From Thermodesulfovibrionales bacterium (GTDB lineage Bacteria > Nitrospirota > Thermodesulfovibrionia > Thermodesulfovibrionales > SM23-35), in contig CAVQRT010000002.1 of NCBI GenBank assembly GCA_963715195.1, forward strand, positions 224,001-288,000: a stretch of 64,000 bases of DNA. Reading direction: 5' to 3'. Every line of letters begins with the position of its first letter. Position 1 is the first letter of the stretch. The notes below the pieces were generated by a model that saw nothing but the letters and a program-made list of their open reading frames with translations, was not told where the DNA came from and did not search any database. Positions 60,550 through 64,000 of the stretch are shown piece by piece. The translations under genes were made by a program, and so were the position numbers.

Positions 60550-61321
60550 TACATTTTACAGGATTATCTGTTTTACCAGATGCAACGTCCCAAAACCGGA
60601 ACCTGAAGAACTATTATCGAAAATTAAAACAGCTGAGGGATCTCCGATAAGCGTGATTAAAGAGACTACGCACCCTGCAGAAATTAAGCGTACCCTGAAG
60701 GTAAAGATTGTTCCCTGGGGAGACCTTTGCCTTCATGAATACAGGTGGAATGCAAGAAGGGTTGCCCTCTCGCCCTTTTGTCTGTCTAGAGCGAAGAGGA
60801 CGTGGAAATTTTACGATGAGATGTTGAAAAATCAAGTTTTTGTCCCGGAACCGGTAATTTTCCTGGAGATGAAAAAATTGATTTTTGTTGTGAAAACCTA
60901 TCTGGCCACGCGGTGGATTGATGGAGGATTCAGCTTACACCGGCTTGCTCTTAAAAAAGATATCCCTTACCCTTTTGATTTCCTGACAATTCTCTGCATA
61001 TGTGTCGATACATTGGTCAAGTTTCATAAGGCGGGTTTTATTCATGGAGACCTGAAATGGTCAAACCTGCACTATGTCAAGAATCAGCATCCCCATATCT
61101 TATTAACAGACTTTGATGCCCTTCGACAAACCTCCTCACTCCGGTTGCAGGGCAGAGATTTCGCGAGATTTCTTATCGCCCCGGAAAAGTATCACCTGAA
61201 AAAGGAAAGCGCTGAGCTCCTAATAGAGAGGTACCTCACGGCGAGATCTTCTTGCCGGCCTCCACTGGAAAAAGCTATACGGAAATATCTGGCAAAGAAG
61301 CTCAGTGGTTTATCCCGATAA
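60539..61321 (+). CDS. LPS core kinase (Kdo kinase/WaaP/InaA-like)
   Basis: RAKRTW, VPEP, FH..GFIHGDLKWSNL, LTDFD. Confidence 0.8.
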   Translation: MNANTFYRIICFTRCNVPKPEPEELLSKIKTAEGSPISVIKETTHPAEIKRTLKVKIVPWGDLCLHEYRWNARRVALSPFCLSRAKRTWKFYDEMLKNQVFVPEPVIFLEMKKLIFVVKTYLATRWIDGGFSLHRLALKKDIPYPFDFLTILCICVDTLVKFHKAGFIHGDLKWSNLHYVKNQHPHILLTDFDALRQTSSLRLQGRDFARFLIAPEKYHLKKESAELLIERYLTARSSCRPPLEKAIRKYLAKKLSGLSR

Positions 61322-61331
61322 TTTTTACGGC

Positions 61332-62468
61332 ATGCGGATTGCAATAATCAAAAGTAATTTCACACCGTACGGTGGTGCTGAAAAGTACACGACCAGATTG
61401 ATTGGGGCCTTTCTAAAGAATAATTTTTCGGTAGATGTCATCACAACTGCCCACAGCGACTGGAGCAGCACGGATCTGAAGTTGAGACAGATAGTCCTCA
61501 AACAGTGCCACTGCACTAACCTCCTCAGACTCATGACTTTCCATGCATCCGTCAAACAATACTTGCAGAAAGAACCTTATGATTGCATTTTAGGGATGGA
61601 ATGCACAGGATATCATACGCATATACGAGCAGGAGGCGGTTGTCATGCAGCATGGATCCGGCGCAGGTGTGCTGAAAGCTCCTGGTTACGATGTTTGAGT
61701 TTTAGGATGAACCCTTTTCATAAAGCGATGATGGCGTTAGAGAAAACCGCTTTCCTCTCTGATAGGCTCAAAAGAATTATTTGCAACTCTCATCTTGTCG
61801 AGAATGAGATTGCATCTTTTTATCCCCGGGCGAAAGACAAGGTCACGGTAGTGCACAATGGAGTTGAATGGGACGAAGTCGCTAATGCATTTGAAACCGG
61901 ACTCAAGAAAAGAGATGACATTGTGCGGAATCTTCACCTGAATCCGGATAGGTTTTTTTTCCTGTTTGTAGGCAGTGGATATGAAAGAAAAGGACTTGCA
62001 AAAGCTATTAGGGCGCTTCTTTTTCTCCCCGACTATGCCGACCTTATCATTGTGGGAAAAGACAGGCGTCAAAACTACTACGAAGGACTCTGCAAAAAAT
62101 CAGGGCTCGCAAAACGTGTCCATTTTCTTGGCCCTCAAAAAAATATCATCCCGTTTCTGCAGGTTGCTGATGCATTTGTGCTCCCTACGATTTACGACCC
62201 ATTCTCGAATGCATCTCTGGAGGCTCTTGCAATGGGCGTATATCTGGTAACGAGCAATGCCAATGGCTGTTCAGAGGTCATGACAGAAGGATCCGGCTTT
62301 ATCATAAGAAATCTTAGCGACACACATTCTGTCGCAGAGGCTATGAGGACGGCTCTCGAGCCCCACCTGCCCAAAAAAGAAATCCGGGAAACGGTACGGC
62401 ATCTTGATTTTGAAAAACAACTTCAAAAGATTGTTGATAGCTGCATTGCGGATATGCAAAGAGGTTAA
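61332..62468 (+). CDS. GT4 glycosyltransferase (WaaG-like)
   Basis: YGGAEKY, HIRAGGG.H, VGSGYERKG, YDPFSNASLEA. Confidence 0.85.
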   Translation: MRIAIIKSNFTPYGGAEKYTTRLIGAFLKNNFSVDVITTAHSDWSSTDLKLRQIVLKQCHCTNLLRLMTFHASVKQYLQKEPYDCILGMECTGYHTHIRAGGGCHAAWIRRRCAESSWLRCLSFRMNPFHKAMMALEKTAFLSDRLKRIICNSHLVENEIASFYPRAKDKVTVVHNGVEWDEVANAFETGLKKRDDIVRNLHLNPDRFFFLFVGSGYERKGLAKAIRALLFLPDYADLIIVGKDRRQNYYEGLCKKSGLAKRVHFLGPQKNIIPFLQVADAFVLPTIYDPFSNASLEALAMGVYLVTSNANGCSEVMTEGSGFIIRNLSDTHSVAEAMRTALEPHLPKKEIRETVRHLDFEKQLQKIVDSCIADMQRG

Positions 62469-62473
62469 AGCCG

Positions 62474-64000
62474 GTGGGGAAACCAATACACATATTGCTT
62501 GGAGGAATTTTCCTGCTCCTCGTCTTCAGTCTGCTTCTGAATCTTCCCTACATGCACCTGAGGGAGTTTCAGGGTGAAGAAGGTAGGCGTGTGATTATCG
62601 CACAACATATGCTTGAAACCGGGGAATGGATCGTCCCTTATGTCGAAGGAAGGGTATATTTGAATAAGCCGCCCCTCTTTAACTGGGCCCTCGCATTGAT
62701 ATTCCAATTTACGGGGGTGATATCGGAAGCATCAGCAAGGATGGTATCAGTAATCGCTGCTTTTTTGTGTGCCGTAAGTTTGAGTCTGTTCTGGAAAAAC
62801 ATAACCGGGATTCATTCGCTATGGTTTATTCTGCCGGGCCTGATCTTCCTGACCTTTACCGATGTCATGGATAAGGCAATAAGGGCGGAGATTGATATGA
62901 CGTTCACCTTTTTTGTAACCATTTCTTTGATATCCTGGTTTTATTACTTTGAGATGAAAAAGAACGAGTATGCTGCGTGGATTATCGCCCTCTCTCTCAT
63001 CAGTCTGAGCACTTTAACAAAAGGTATTCAGGCACCGGCCTTCTTTTATTGTGGTATCATTCCTTACCTGTTCTATAAAAGACGGATACAGAAAATGTTT
63101 TCTCCAGCCCATTTCGCCGGACTGGGGATTTTTCTCTTTATCTTTGCAATATGGTTCGTCCCGCTCACCGGCAAGGTGAATCTCACTGATGTATCCCGTG
63201 CATGGTTTCGTGAAATTCTCGCACGGCAAGAGCCTCTCAGGGACGGGGGTTTTCTGAGACATCTCATAGAATTTCCTTTTCAATATGTTCTTGCTTATCT
63301 TCCCTGGATGCCCCTGCTTCTGTTCTGGTACCGGAAGCCCCTTGAAAAAGAACCCGAAATCATGAAAGACCTCGCTCGCTATTGTCTGTTTTTTTTGCTT
63401 GTCTCTTTGCCGATTTACTGGATTCTGCCCGGTGCAAGGCTCAGATACGTTATGCCGCTTTCAGGAACCCTGGCAATTTTGCTGACGATGCCGGTTCATG
63501 CGATGATAAGTGGCAAAATAGAATGCGGAATATTGGGTAACAGATTTTTTCAGATACTTGGCCTTTTGGTAACTCTTTTTGTAATATCTTCTCCTTTTTG
63601 GGCAGAGCAGTTTGCGCTCTTCCAAAAACCGGTTTCCGTTGTCTTGCTCATGCTACTGTTATTCATGTCCTTTTCCCTTATACGGAAGAAGACAGCAATA
63701 CAAAAGCGAATTGTCTTCTTGTTGCTCGTCGCTCTTCTGCTCAAGGTGTGCTGGGCATCTTTTTATTTCCCTTACCATGCCGATCATCGGAGTCATTACA
63801 GGAACGCGGCGAAACGAATAAATCAGTTCGTGCCACCTGATGCACACCTCTATGATTTTCAGGTTAATAACGGACATCTTGCCTTCTACCTTGGGAGACC
63901 CGTCACCTTGATAGAATCCCTGGAGAACCCCGTTATGGAGGATGGTTCTTTCGTATTCATGGAAAAGAAGAAAGCACAGGGTCTCGTCCTGAAAGGACTC
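62474..64000 (+). CDS. Second ArnT-like membrane glycosyltransferase (runs off window end; absent from ORF track)
   Basis: Manual translation from GTG 62474: EEGRRVIIAQHMLETGEWIVPY.EG..YLNKPPLFNW; both ends read in the same frame. Confidence 0.8.
   Translation, partial: MGKPIHILLGGIFLLLVFSLLLNLPYMHLREFQGEEGRRVIIAQHMLETGEWIVPYVEGRVYLNKPPLFNWALALIFQFTGVISEASARMVSVIAAFLCAVSLSLFWKNITGIHSLWFILPGLIFLTFTDVMDKAIRAEIDMTFTFFVTISLISWFYYFEMKKNEYAAWIIALSLISLSTLTKGIQAPAFFYCGIIPYLFYKRRIQKMFSPAHFAGLGIFLFIFAIWFVPLTGKVNLTDVSRAWFREILARQEPLRDGGFLRHLIEFPFQYVLAYLPWMPLLLFWYRKPLEKEPEIMKDLARYCLFFLLVSLPIYWILPGARLRYVMPLSGTLAILLTMPVHAMISGKIECGILGNRFFQILGLLVTLFVISSPFWAEQFALFQKPVSVVLLMLLLFMSFSLIRKKTAIQKRIVFLLLVALLLKVCWASFYFPYHADHRSHYRNAAKRINQFVPPDAHLYDFQVNNGHLAFYLGRPVTLIESLENPVMEDGSFVFMEKKKAQGLVLKGL

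Noticed and set aside
1..64000. CRISPR array, cas genes, reverse transcriptase/DGR, prophage or intact transposase
   Set aside because: No regularly spaced repeats with unique spacers, and no ORF with RT, Cas, phage structural or DDE motifs seen.

Overview
A 64-kb chromosomal segment of a Gram-negative bacterium. Gene content and the tmRNA tag ANNELALAA suggest Nitrospirota (Thermodesulfovibrio-like); this is an inference, not a search result. Most of it is housekeeping: hup, recD2, ccsB-hemA-hemC, mla, topA-dprA-argG, trpE-G-D, gnnA-gnnB-lpxB-waaA-lpxK, tRNA-Gly/Cys, folP, ftsH, rph, murI, ssrA-smpB, ugd and an LPS-modification cluster. Accessory features are as follows. (1) Two tandem type IV pilus tip cassettes (PilY1 plus FimT/PilV/PilW/PilX), one behind a sigma54-type promoter and one behind a sigma70-like promoter with a palindromic operator. 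(2) A pervasive family of short 7- and 8-nt tandem-repeat elements with inverted arms. They sit between genes, inside core proteins and in prepilin leaders; one PilW leader looks like the captured 5' end of a four-helix-bundle gene. (3) A decayed integron-integrase fragment plus a cassette-like sulfotransferase splitting ftsH-folP. (4) Two copies of a ~135-nt structured element with covarying stems, plus several REP-like palindromes. Seven single-base frameshifts, five of them in short base runs, are most simply consensus or sequencing errors.
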